NCBI GenBank assembly: GCA_963833425.1
Contig: CAWHXP010000007.1
Coordinates: 128,001 to 192,000 of the forward strand
Reading direction: 5' to 3'
DNA length: 64,000 nt
Source of the DNA: an uncultured Methanosarcinaceae archaeon
GTDB taxonomy: Archaea; Halobacteriota; Methanosarcinia; Methanosarcinales; Methanosarcinaceae
Made by a program: the position numbers and the translations under genes. Positions 36,159 to 46,727 of the stretch are shown here, piece after piece. The notes below the pieces were generated by a model. That model was not told the DNA's origin. It searched no databases and saw only the letters and a list, made by a program, of their open reading frames with translations. Every line of letters begins with the position of its first letter. Position 1 is the first letter of the stretch.

Positions 36159-37471
36159 TCAACTCCTGTCGCATTGACTACGGTTTTCGTTATGAGGTAT
36201 ATCTCAAAGACCATCAGGATCAGATAGAATACACTGATAAGGACAACACTTAACAACACATCTGATGCGGGAACCGATGATATACCATTAGCTGTCTTTA
36301 GCAGACCATATACCAGCCATGGCTGCCTTCCTATCTCAGTTACATTCCAGCCAGCAATGATAGCTATGAATGGGAGTGGAATCGACCACATCAGTAGCTT
36401 AAGATACTTATCCGATGTGTACAGCTTGCCTGACTTTTGAAGATATGAGCCTACAAGAGCCTCTATGATGAACAAGAATCCAAAAATTGTCATCAGTTTG
36501 AAGCTCCAGAATACTATTTCTACAGGTGGTAATTCATCCTGAGGTAGCCGCTTAAGACCTGTTATAGTTCCGCTGAAACTTCCTGTATACAGGAAACTTG
36601 CAAGACCCGGAATTCCCAGCAACTGAATACTATTGGAACCGGTGCTTGAATCAGGTACCTGTATCAGATACGTGGGCAATGAGGAACCTGTTTCCCATAT
36701 CGCATCCATTGCTGCTCCTTTAGCAGGCTGAAGCTCAGTAACATATTGTGCATAACCGTGCCCAAGAGCTGGAAGCACGACTGCAGTAGCGAGTGCTATG
36801 GTAACCGCCATGCTGAAAGATTTCTTGAATACTTCAATGTTGTTCCTTTTAAGGAAATGATAGGCACAGATTCCCATGATCAGGAATGCAGTCAACAGAT
36901 AACCTGAAAGCAGAGTATGTACCAGCATGTACCACACATAACTGTTTGTAAGTAAAGCAAAGAAATCTGTCATAACCACCTTATTCCCATCAGCAGCCAT
37001 CTCATAGCCTACGGGATTCTGCATAAAACCGTTAGCAGTGATTATCCATAATGAGGATATGTTAGTACCCAGAGCAACCATCCACATGGAAAATGCCTTT
37101 AGTTTCTGACGGTTGCGGTCCAGGAATATCCATACTCCAAAAAAAGTACCTTCAAGGAAGAAAGCCAATAACGCTTCCACCGCTAAAGGTGGTCCAAAGA
37201 CATCTCCCATGAATTCAGCATAGGCACCCCAGTTAGTACCGAATTGGAAAGTCATTGCAAGACCTGATACTAGACCTATTGCAAAGTTTATCTTGAATAT
37301 TCTGCCCCAGAAATCGGCCATCTTTCGCCAAGTTTCATCTTTGCTCTTGTAGTATACCGTTTCCATGCCTGCCACTAACAGTGCGAGTCCCAGTGTTAGT
37401 GGAACGAATAGAAAATGGAACGCAATTGTTATGGCAAACTGAAGCCGGCTTAATAAAACCAATTCGACCAT
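36155..37471 (-). CDS. cydA: Cytochrome bd quinol oxidase subunit I
   Basis: LSRLQFA..AFHFLFVPLTLGL, FQFGTNW, ANGFMQNP, VHTL, QPAK and EIGRQPW motifs; intact. Confidence 0.96.
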   Translation of the reverse strand: MVELVLLSRLQFAITIAFHFLFVPLTLGLALLVAGMETVYYKSKDETWRKMADFWGRIFKINFAIGLVSGLAMTFQFGTNWGAYAEFMGDVFGPPLAVEALLAFFLEGTFFGVWIFLDRNRQKLKAFSMWMVALGTNISSLWIITANGFMQNPVGYEMAADGNKVVMTDFFALLTNSYVWYMLVHTLLSGYLLTAFLIMGICAYHFLKRNNIEVFKKSFSMAVTIALATAVVLPALGHGYAQYVTELQPAKGAAMDAIWETGSSLPTYLIQVPDSSTGSNSIQLLGIPGLASFLYTGSFSGTITGLKRLPQDELPPVEIVFWSFKLMTIFGFLFIIEALVGSYLQKSGKLYTSDKYLKLLMWSIPLPFIAIIAGWNVTEIGRQPWLVYGLLKTANGISSVPASDVLLSVVLISVFYLILMVFEIYLITKTVVNATGVE

Positions 37472-38768
37472 TCATTATCCCTAGTTTTTTTACTTACATT
37501 CTAGATTTATCAGATATTTTTTAAAGTTCATAATATGTAATCGTGGTTAACAGGACGCTAGTCACTAGGCTAATTATGTCTATTCCAGGATCAAGAGACG
37601 ATAAACTTAGTCGGAGGCTTAAACTATTGAGACTTACGTTATAGTGTGGTTGTGTAGTATAAAAACTTAGATATGTGAAAATGGTTCTGAATAAAGACAA
37701 TAAAAGCCACTTCAGAGATGTTCCTTATTTAGACCATGTTTTTCGGTTTACTGATCAAGAAGCTGAGTTCAAGGCTATCAGCATCGACCAGTTTCATGGA
37801 TCCCAATTCATGGCGATTTAGTCGTCGACGTACACATACATTCTCATCTTTATGATGTTTTTCCATATAATATTAAGTTTAATAGGATTGCTAGCAATGT
37901 ACACATGATTAATTTTATAGAGTCTATAATTATCTCGGCTCCTACAGCGAAAGGCAAAGAACTTTATTATCCATGCAGATAGATATAATGTAACTTATAT
38001 TAATTATTTAGTTAGATTATTTAAGCACGAAGTCGAAGTTTAGATAATCTGAGTCAAAAATAAAAGATTGTGGAGAGATTTGAGACGTTTTCTTGTGATG
38101 TATAGGGACATCCAAAAGGGAAACAGCAAAAAACTTACTGTGGGATCTGAGATTAAACCGAAATTTAAAGAATGGGAAAAAATTGGCAGTCTCAACTCAG
38201 CCAATAAAATAATTAAAATAAATTTCGTCTCAGAATTCGAGTATAAAATCGTCATTATTATATCATAATGTTAGATTTATGAAAATATCTTGGAATAATG
38301 GAGTGCGCTAGAACTACTCAAAAGCTTGTCTATATCGGATGCGGTTAAAAAGTGCATTTAATTATTGCGATGACTATAACCAAAGTGTGCAAAAAAATGC
38401 AAAATGTCTTATATAAGAAAAACATTATCCTATTATATAGGTAGTTGATATCATTTTGTATGAAAATTCCAAATTAATTTTGCTCTTTGGTGTGTTAAAC
38501 ACAATACTAAAGCAGTTAAATTGCACTGATGCGTAACAAAATTAGGGTCACGCAGTTAAACTGAAAAAAGGAATCACTAAGCTCTTAATAGTTTGAATCA
38601 CAAGAAAGATAGAGAGGTTGCATATACTTTGTTTCGTTTTTCGACTACCTAAGTCCTAAAAATATAAAAAGTAAAATTAATTCTTCGAATAACAGGCAAA
38701 AATAGATTAAGACAACTGCAAGTTAACATAACATTCATTCTAAATTGTATGATAGAGAGGAAAAATAA

Positions 38769-39068
38769 ATGTATAAACAAAAATTTGCTAGTATAGGAAA
38801 AGCACTAATTTTGCTGCTACTATTCTTTTTTGTAACGTCAGTGATAACTACAACTGTGTATGCAACTATGGGCGCATACCCATCGTCTCCAGGTACACCG
38901 GCATCTCCAGGTACACCATCGTCTCCAGGTACACCGGCATCTCCAGGTACACCATCGTCTCCAGGTACACCGGCATCTCCAGGTACACCATCGTCTCCAG
39001 GTACACCGGCATCTCCAGGCACCCCGCCGTCTCCTGGCACGCCCCCAACGCTCCCATATTATTATTAA
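38769..39068 (+). CDS. Small secreted Pro/Ser/Thr repeat protein, (PxSPGT)9
   Basis: RBS GAGAGG, basic N-terminus plus hydrophobic signal peptide ending VYA, nine hexapeptides, C-terminal PPTLPYYY. Confidence 0.75.
   Translation: MYKQKFASIGKALILLLLFFFVTSVITTTVYATMGAYPSSPGTPASPGTPSSPGTPASPGTPSSPGTPASPGTPSSPGTPASPGTPPSPGTPPTLPYYY
38880..39041 (+). repeat. 18-bp tandem repeat x9 (36-bp higher-order unit x4)
   Basis: CCATCGTCTCCAGGTACA and CCGGCATCTCCAGGTACA alternate almost perfectly. Confidence 0.95.
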
Positions 39069-39163
39069 ATCCCGAAATCTTAATCTATTTGAGTGCACTT
39101 TGCAAGAAAACAATTTTTGATGAGCATACTGCTCTTTCCCACTAATTTATATGGATAGAGCAT

Positions 39164-39325
39164 AAAATCCATCAGTCTTTAGCTCAGGAAATCTAAGCAT
39201 CAACTCGAATCATGATTCCAGAAATAAAATCTTGTATCTTCTTTATTAACATTCTCTGTAAAGATGAAATATACATGATGTTCGCTAAGTGAACCACCAC
39301 TCAGCTAAATACTGAGTGGGATTTC
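39164..39325. mobile_element. Pair of IS200/IS605-type hairpin ends in inverted orientation
   Basis: GTGAACCACCACTCAGCTAAATACTGAGTGGGATTTC (39289-39325) and a degenerate inverted copy AAAATCCATCAGTCTTTAGCTCAGG (39164-39188). Confidence 0.45.
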
Positions 39326-39630
39326 ATAATTGCATATTCCAATGTACCAAAACTGTTGTAATCTTATAATCAGAAAGTGGCTTCACTGTAATTGATTTTT
39401 TGGTTCAAATTTCGTAAAGCATCAGTTTCTGCGAACTTTCTTCGTTAACTTTATATTAACATCATTCTATAATTTTCTATTGGATATGACCTTTCTTTTT
39501 TCGGTTTTTTTCCTTTTGCCTACTCAAATTCACTTTCTTTATAACCCTTATTATCGATCAAAAATATTTAGATCCACGTTTATTTTTCTAAAACGAATTA
39601 ATCAACATTAAACCCAAGCAGTGAACCCGT

Positions 39631-40116
39631 ATGAGTGAAGAAATACAAAAAGCTTTAAAGGCTTCTGGGCTTGATGTGCTTTCATGTATGCAATGTGGCA
39701 CATGCACAGGAAGCTGCCCCTCTGGATGGAATACCGGATTCAATACCCGAAGAATTATCAGGGACGCATGCAAAAATAGAATATCAGTTCTCTCAGATGA
39801 TAATCTTTGGCTATGCACCACTTGTTATACTTGCCAGGAGCGATGTCCACGTGGAATACCAATTACAGATACCATTCTTAATCTCCGAAGACTTGCAGTT
39901 AGAGAGGGTTTGATACTTCCTGAACACCGGAAAGTTGCAGAAATGGTAATTGAGCGAGGACATGCAGTTCCTCTAGACGAAGAAACAAAGAAAAAAAGAG
40001 AAGAACTAGGACTTGAACCTATACCTGAGACTGTGCAGAAGTGTCCGGAAGCTCTCGAAGAACTAAAAATTCTTCTCAAGATTTGTAAATTCGACGAATT
40101 GGTAGCGGAAAGATGA
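39631..40116 (+). CDS. hdrC: CoB-CoM heterodisulfide reductase iron-sulfur subunit C (HdrC2-like)
   Basis: CMQCGTCTGSCPSG and LWLCTTCYTCQERCPRGI 2x[4Fe-4S] motifs plus GHAVP; intact. Confidence 0.92.
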   Translation: MSEEIQKALKASGLDVLSCMQCGTCTGSCPSGWNTGFNTRRIIRDACKNRISVLSDDNLWLCTTCYTCQERCPRGIPITDTILNLRRLAVREGLILPEHRKVAEMVIERGHAVPLDEETKKKREELGLEPIPETVQKCPEALEELKILLKICKFDELVAER

Positions 40117-40712
40117 GGGAGCAAATGTTTCCAAAGAGCTGTAGCTATTTTTTAGCTTCATTTACCTAATAATTAGGATCATCATAGCTCCCAGTGTCAA
40201 TAAATTAGATATAGCAAAGTTCATAACAAAAAGAATGCTATTTTTGATATCCAGTAACTCTTAAGCATACAGATACTCAGTTGGAAGCTACTTCTTTTTA
40301 TACAACAGATACTGTTGACTATTAACTAACTGAAAGATTAAAAACACTGACATGAACCCGGATTTCGACTATCCAGTCGTAAAATGAACTCGTATGAGGC
40401 TGTTTAAGACACTTTTTTGTGTAGGGACATAATTAATATCAAATTATTGTTCACTTTTAAATCATATTATATGGAAGTAGTTTTTATTCACAAACTATGT
40501 TCTGTATAATTAATTTGAAATAGAATGGTTACGTGAAAAATTACATATTATAGCCTTGGTATGTTGCCGCTCTATAAGAATAATTATAATTAAAGATCCA
40601 CCGAAAACGATTCAATATATATACTTAAGGCTTATTAATAGTATCTAGTTTATAATATCTATATTTTATAATAAAATATACGTTATATATATTTAATATT
40701 AAGGTGCAAAAA

Positions 40713-41251
40713 ATGAGAAATACTTTAACAAGATATATCGAGTTGATTTTTTTAATAAGTTGTTTCGTTGCTCTTGCTGTCCCAAGTTTAGCAGCAGATG
40801 GAATTTTAAACCAGGATCAACAATGGATCAACGTAACTACTGTCGATAAAAATATAGTTGAGAATGATTTTAATTCCTTAAGTGCCGGGATAAATAAAAA
40901 TTCGATATCTACAGATGATCTTGACAAATTAACAGATAACTTCCAAAAAAATTCAACCGTATTAATAAACGATAGTCAGATAGCTCTGAATCATAGTACT
41001 AATTCTACGGTTTCCCGGAATTATTGAATGCAAAATTTGCATATGAAGAAGCAATGTCTAAGGCTAACAGGGCAGGATTTTATGCATCTAAATATGCAAA
41101 AGATACATCAGGTACTGAGGTGATAATGGCTATAAAAGTAATAAATAATCGTAAGAAATTTACAGATCTCCTAATCGACTATAGGGATAACATCAAGGAA
41201 ATGCAGCGGTTATTAGAAATTTATTTGCAAAATCACTCTACTACAGCTTAA
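40713..41251 (+). pseudogene. Secreted hypothetical protein split by one frameshift near 41015
   Basis: Signal peptide (LIFLISCFVALAVPSLA). The two ORFs join into VSPELLNAKFAYE if one C is restored in TTCCCGG. Confidence 0.55.
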
Positions 41252-41929
41252 TTACCTTTAATTTTATTTTGTCTATGTACTTAGAAATAAAAAAATACCT
41301 TTGTAGTAATCCTATGGATAAAGGATCTTCATTAATTTAAATTGAATGGACGAGTCTATTTCATTTATTTACTTTTTTCATACTCTTGCATCTGTTTTAT
41401 GTGGGTTTTCTGCAAAGTCAAGGATCGATGCTTGGGAGATTGCAAGAATCTTAAACCAAGATAAATAGCTAAGAACTAGGACAAGATTCAGTAGATTGAA
41501 GGTATAGGACAATTTTCTGCTTAGAAAAATTGAAATCTTATTCTGATTACTGGAAAAGTTTCTTATTTTTGTATGAAGAAATATGAGAGTAGCGTTAATG
41601 GTGTTATTAAATCAAGAAGGAATTGAAGAAAATACGAAGTATATTTTTTCAAATGATATTTCTAAGAAATATAAAGCCATATTGTCCAGTATAGCTTAAA
41701 GTGGCTGAAAGAAGTAGATCCCTTTTTGAAAGAATCGATTAAGAGTAAGTGAAGTACTGAATTTAAAAATTATGAAATATTTGTTAATACTTGTTGTTAA
41801 ATAGCCTTAAATAGTTTTATATTATAAAACTCTTCTATTAGTCGTGGTTTTTGTCTAAGAATATGTATAGTTCTTTTAGTGTACGAATGATCGGTTAAAA
41901 TATATGAATAAACCGGAGTGAAACGAAAA

Positions 41930-42480
41930 TTGAAACAACTAATTCGTGGGACAAAAAAGTTGTTGATCATTTCATTTGTAGTTCTTTTTGTAGTATCATT
42001 GACAGCTGCACCAACGATTGCAGCTCACTCTGGCCACCACCATAGAGAGCACAAATCGATGGAGCAAACCTCTTGAAGGGGTGACCATAACTAAACTAAA
42101 ATTGAAGGATTAATCATTGATGGGATATTATTAAAGGGTTAACCATAGATAAGCTAACTATTGATAAACTTACATTTGATGCCCAAAAATTGAATAAGCT
42201 AACCGGGGAAAGGCGTGACTATATCTAAGTTAGCCTTGGAGGAGCTAGTCGGTAACGGGACGATGCTTCACGGGCTAATTATCGATAAGTTAACCGTTGA
42301 TAAGTTAACATTCGATGACCGTACCTTGAAAAAATTGATTTTGATGGAACTGACCACAGGTAAGCTGACTGTGAAGGGGCAGAAGACCATGAAGGGGCTG
42401 ACCATAAATAAGCTGATAGCGAAGTAACAGGCCGTGAAGGAGCTAATCATTGATGGCCATACGTTAATAGGGCAAAAAGG
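41930..42480 (+). pseudogene. Secreted pentapeptide-periodic (KLTID-type) repeat protein
   Basis: Signal peptide KKLLIISFVVLFVVSLTAA, His patch HSGHHH, then GLTIDKLTIDKLTFD / GLIIDKLTVDKLTFD / GLTINKLIAK; several frameshifts. Confidence 0.65.
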
Positions 42481-43191
42481 AAAAAAACTGGCTTTAAGGG
42501 ATAATAAATAAAAAAATAAATCTTCAAATGGAAAAATAGGGAACAAAAGGGCTTTAAAGGATAATACAAAAAAATAAAAAGACTTAGAAGAAAAAAATAA
42601 AAAAGGCACGAACTTTAAAGAAACATAAAGTGAGTGAACGAACTTTAGACTGAAAGAACTAACTTTTAGAAATTTCACTGATGTTCAAGCTTTGTGAATT
42701 CAAATATAGTATCAATAGCCCTTTTTCAGTTTTCAGCATTATTAACAAACTTCGAACTTTTCTCAAGGATTGAGAACTGGGGATATTTATACCGCTGAAA
42801 ATGGAGAACTCGTGACTGCCGTTGATACCCCGTTGTTATTATCCAAAAAATTGCCAATAGTATTTCTCTTGGTAAAAATGTCATTATGAATAACTGATAT
42901 GGTTTACTGATGCCAATCGAGGGGATGTTCTCGTATTTCACATCTTTTATTTGCAGCTCAAAATATAAACTCAGATTCACTGTGTTTATTCACGTAATAT
43001 ACAATAGAATATCAGCGATCTCGAGTCTCCGTCATTTTTTTTGTTTACATTATCAAAACCGTACGGTATTTGAGATTCATTTTTTGCTCCCAATAGCTGG
43101 TGTAATATTTTTACCTAGGGTACGACAATCTGTATAAATGCTTACATTTTTTGATTGTATATAAATTATCTAGCATCAGGGTTATGAAGAC

Positions 43192-43324
43192 AGGACTTAT
43201 GCACGTTAGGAACAAAACAAAAGGTTATAAACTGTGTAATTAAGCTAGACATTTATACTACTTAGATTTCGAACAATTAGATGCTTAACACTATTGATTT
43301 CCCCACTTCAATCACTTAAGTCCT
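43192..43324. mobile_element. MITE-like element
   Basis: CAGGACTTATGCA ... CACTTAAGTCCTG, 9-bp perfect TIR core. Confidence 0.6.
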
Positions 43325-43629
43325 GAAAGAATCTCAAATTAACTCCCCTGTTCATTGGTTGTGAGCTTATTACCATCCAATAATAATGTTTTTTCGTTTA
43401 AATAGATTGAATTTTTGTTCAAATTATTATTCTCTGAACAGTCCTTGCGTTACTTATGGATTTAACGCTTGAATTTGTGTACATCTATTCGGATTTCAAT
43501 ATTTTTTTCAATTCCACATTTATGTGGAGTAAAAATCAACAAATTTAATGAATTTTCTACAAATATTGTACTCCACTTTAACTGTGTAAATCACACTAAT
43601 TTTCATGTTGGTAATGTTATTTCTTATAA

Positions 43630-43980
43630 ATGAATAAAATATTCACTGAGAAAATCTTAGTGTTAGCCCTTCTAAAGTTAACCTACCAAGCAATGACTAG
43701 GCGGTTCGCAATCAGCTGTCTTATGTAAGGCCCACTAATGACAAAATCACAACGTCTCATCTGTTGGATGGCTGCCCCATTCAGGGTTACCCCATCACAG
43801 ACTATGTATGGGTCGCCACCTACTCTGCCCATTGGTGCAACTGTTAATGAATTCGGGTTACCACATACTGGGCCAACTGAGGCAGTTGCTAATGTATATG
43901 GGTTACCCCATCTGGGCCAACTGAGCAGCTGTTAATGAATCTCGGTCACCCCCATGCTGCGCCAGACACAGCTGTTAACG
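43630..43980 (+). pseudogene. Decayed small protein with ~15-aa (45-bp) repeats
   Basis: Units VNEFGLPHTGPTEAV / ANVYGLPH.GPTE.A / VNESRSP..APDTAVN; degenerate N-terminus from ATG 43630. Confidence 0.45.
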
Positions 43981-44901
43981 ATACTACAAAAAGAATTGCA
44001 AACGAAATGGCAGTACCTTTTTTATTCTACTAACGTATTGTTTCAACATTATTTCACTCCCCTATTTTATTATTCAAATTCATTTTATTTGTTTATGGAA
44101 TCTATTAACTTTAAAAAATTACTGAAGCAATCCATTAACCTTGATTTAAATCGGGCTCATTTACTTGACTCAAATAACTAAGTACAACTGATTCGAAAAA
44201 CTAATAAAATAATTTAAGACTTAAACTTATATAAGATTATTATTGTCAAAAATGAATTAATTTTGCCCAATATTTCTTTTTAAACTCGCCGACTTATGCG
44301 ATCAACTTTGCTAAATTTTACCTTCACTTCTTTAGAATAAAGGTATACTTCTTCAAAATAGTATAAAGGGCATGGATAGAATCACACCTACTGTTCCAAG
44401 TACATAATTCCAATAAATGAAAGCCCCCAATAAGAAAGCTGGAATAACTTTCAGTCTTTTTCCTGTAAATGATGGGACTACTATTTTTCACAGCATATTG
44501 AAAATCAGAATCAAAACAATAAAGACGCTACAATTTATCTCAAAGTATTAGATAGATCTGCTTGAAAGAAGATATAAAAGATCTCATTTTCCCGAACGGA
44601 ACTATGGAAACAAAACTGGATACAAAATCAAATTACATCGAATTAACTTAAGGACTTAATTCTGAAATTTGTTAGTGAAGTAAAAATTAAAAATAACTCG
44701 ATTTTGAAATTGGTTAAATTCCTTTGAACATTCCATCATGATCGAGCTTTTTAGATACTAGTATTAAGTTTTATTGAAGAACTAATTCTTTCTGCAAATC
44801 CAGTAGTTCAATCCAAAAATGCAAAAATCATATATTGTGGACCAGATTTGAGATCTTATCATCTAAAATCTGGTCATCCTTGTCTAGGTAGATTTTCCAA
44901 T

Positions 44902-46392
44902 TTATGTACTGCCTATTCCCTGCAAGAGCATCTCCATCACTCGGTCGAGGGTAAAAGATGCAGATTTTTGGCGTGGAGAGAATTCTTTGAACGTTGTCAA
45001 AAAATCGCCTACGATGCTCTGGGCTGGTACCACCAGGAAAGCGTGATCTATCAACCAGTCGTAATAGGTGTTTGAGGTCTGGTCTGCACGCTCATAGGGA
45101 GCTGTTCGCAGGTTAAATACTTTAGGTATGCGTAGATGGACAAAAGGTTCAGCCCAAATCTGTAACGTACCTCGGACGCGCTGCTCCATAAAGACAAGTT
45201 TCCAGTTATCATACCGCGCAGCGACCAGGTCACCATCATCGGAAAAGTAAAAAAACTCGAAACGTGGGGACTTTTTCTCTTTTCCGATCAGATATGGGAG
45301 CAAGTTATAGCCATCAAGATGCACCTTGAAAGTTTTGTCACCTGCTTTGTGACCTTTTTTAAGTTTTTCCTTAATATCCATCTCTCCTGCTGCTGCAAGC
45401 AAAGTGGGCATCCAGTCAAGTAGACTCACTATCTCGTTAGAAATAGTACCTGCCGGAATCTTCCCGGGCCAACGGACTACCTGAGGAACACGGAAAGCTC
45501 CCTCCCAACATGAATTTTTTTCGTTGCGGAATGGTGTCATAGCTGCATCGGGCCAGGAGTTCATATGTGGTCCGTTATCTGTGCTGTAGACGACGATAGT
45601 ATCTTCTGCAATGCCAAGTTCATCTAGCAAATTCAGCAACATTCCTATCTGCTTATCGTGCTCAATCATGGCGTCATGGTATTCAGACTGCCAGCGGCCC
45701 GATTGCCCCCGTATTTTATCAGGGATATGAGTCCTGAAATGCATCCGAGTAGTATTGAACCAGACAAAGAATGGCTTATCGCTGTCGTGCTGACGCTTAA
45801 TAAAATCTGTGGCTGCTTCCAAAAACTCCGTATCTACGTTTTCCATTCGTTTCTTGGTTAACGGGCCAGTATCCTCAATGCGACCGTCGGCATAGCTGTG
45901 GATTACACCCCTGGGACCATAGTTTTTCCGGAAATTGGGAAAATCTTCCTCTGGTGGATAGTCGCGGTTTTCCGGTTCTTCCTCAGCGTTCAGATGATAA
46001 AGGTTTCCAAAGAACTCATCAAAACCGTGATTTGTAGGCAGGTGCTCGTCCAGGTCTCCAAGGTGATTCTTTCCAAAGTGCCCAGTAGCATAGCCAAGAG
46101 ATTTAAGAAGTTCTGCGATAGTTGGATCCTCTGCCTTGATTCCTAGCTTGGCTCCGGGCATGCCCACCTTGGTTAGCCCGGTACGGAAGGGACTCTGGCC
46201 TGTAATAAAAGATGCTCTGCCAGCAGTGCAACTCTGCTCCCCGTAAGAATCCGTAAATCTCATACCTCAATTGGCAAGCCTGTCGATATTTGGTGTTCTG
46301 TAACCCATAAGACCGTCGCTATAGCAACTGAGGTTGCTAATGCCAATGTCATCTCCAAAAATGACCAATATGTTCGGTTTCTTTTCTACCAT
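44902..46392 (-). pseudogene. Arylsulfatase (formylglycine type) with a single in-frame TGA at codon 42
   Basis: [17 protein letters not shown]...[28 protein letters not shown] (CxAxR), GKNHLG, STDNGP. The remaining 453 codons are open. Confidence 0.9.
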
Positions 46393-46727
46393 TTCTTAAT
46401 CACCAATTGATGGATTGATTGTATCCTATACAGCACCTTAATGATTATTATTAATCAAAAAAAATTAATTGCTTATTGATCTATTGCTTTCAGTTATAAA
46501 AGGCAATCCTTCAGATTAATTTAAAACAATGGTAAAAATAATCGTTTCTAACTAAAACTTATTTCGACATAAAAATTTTAAAGCCTAACAACAATTAAAT
46601 ATTAATTATATTTTTATTATTCCCGGCAATCAACAAATTATGAATAGAAAGGCTATGTAACGTCGCCACTCACTATTTATAGAAGAGAACGTTGTCTGAT
46701 CATCAAAGAGGAAATTGAGGTATTATT

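Noticed and set aside
37540..37660. HEARO/IscB omegaRNA-like sequence upstream of cydA
   Set aside because: Only a few short words resemble it; no convincing stems and no iscB.
38735..39040. Collagen-like Gly-X-Y ORF (GVPGDAGVPGDD) on the minus strand, and the other repeat frames
   Set aside because: Shadow of the Pro-periodic plus-strand gene, which has the RBS and signal peptide.
38880..39041. Possible CRISPR array
   Set aside because: Contiguous repeats with no unique spacers, in-frame coding, and no cas genes nearby.
41400..41760. Possible IS701/IS4 transposase remnant
   Set aside because: Only weak motif resemblance; no TIRs or DDE residues identifiable.
46267..46269. Selenocysteine in arylsulfatase
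   Set aside because: The position is not a Cys site, the catalytic Cys is normally encoded, and no SECIS-like element was recognised.
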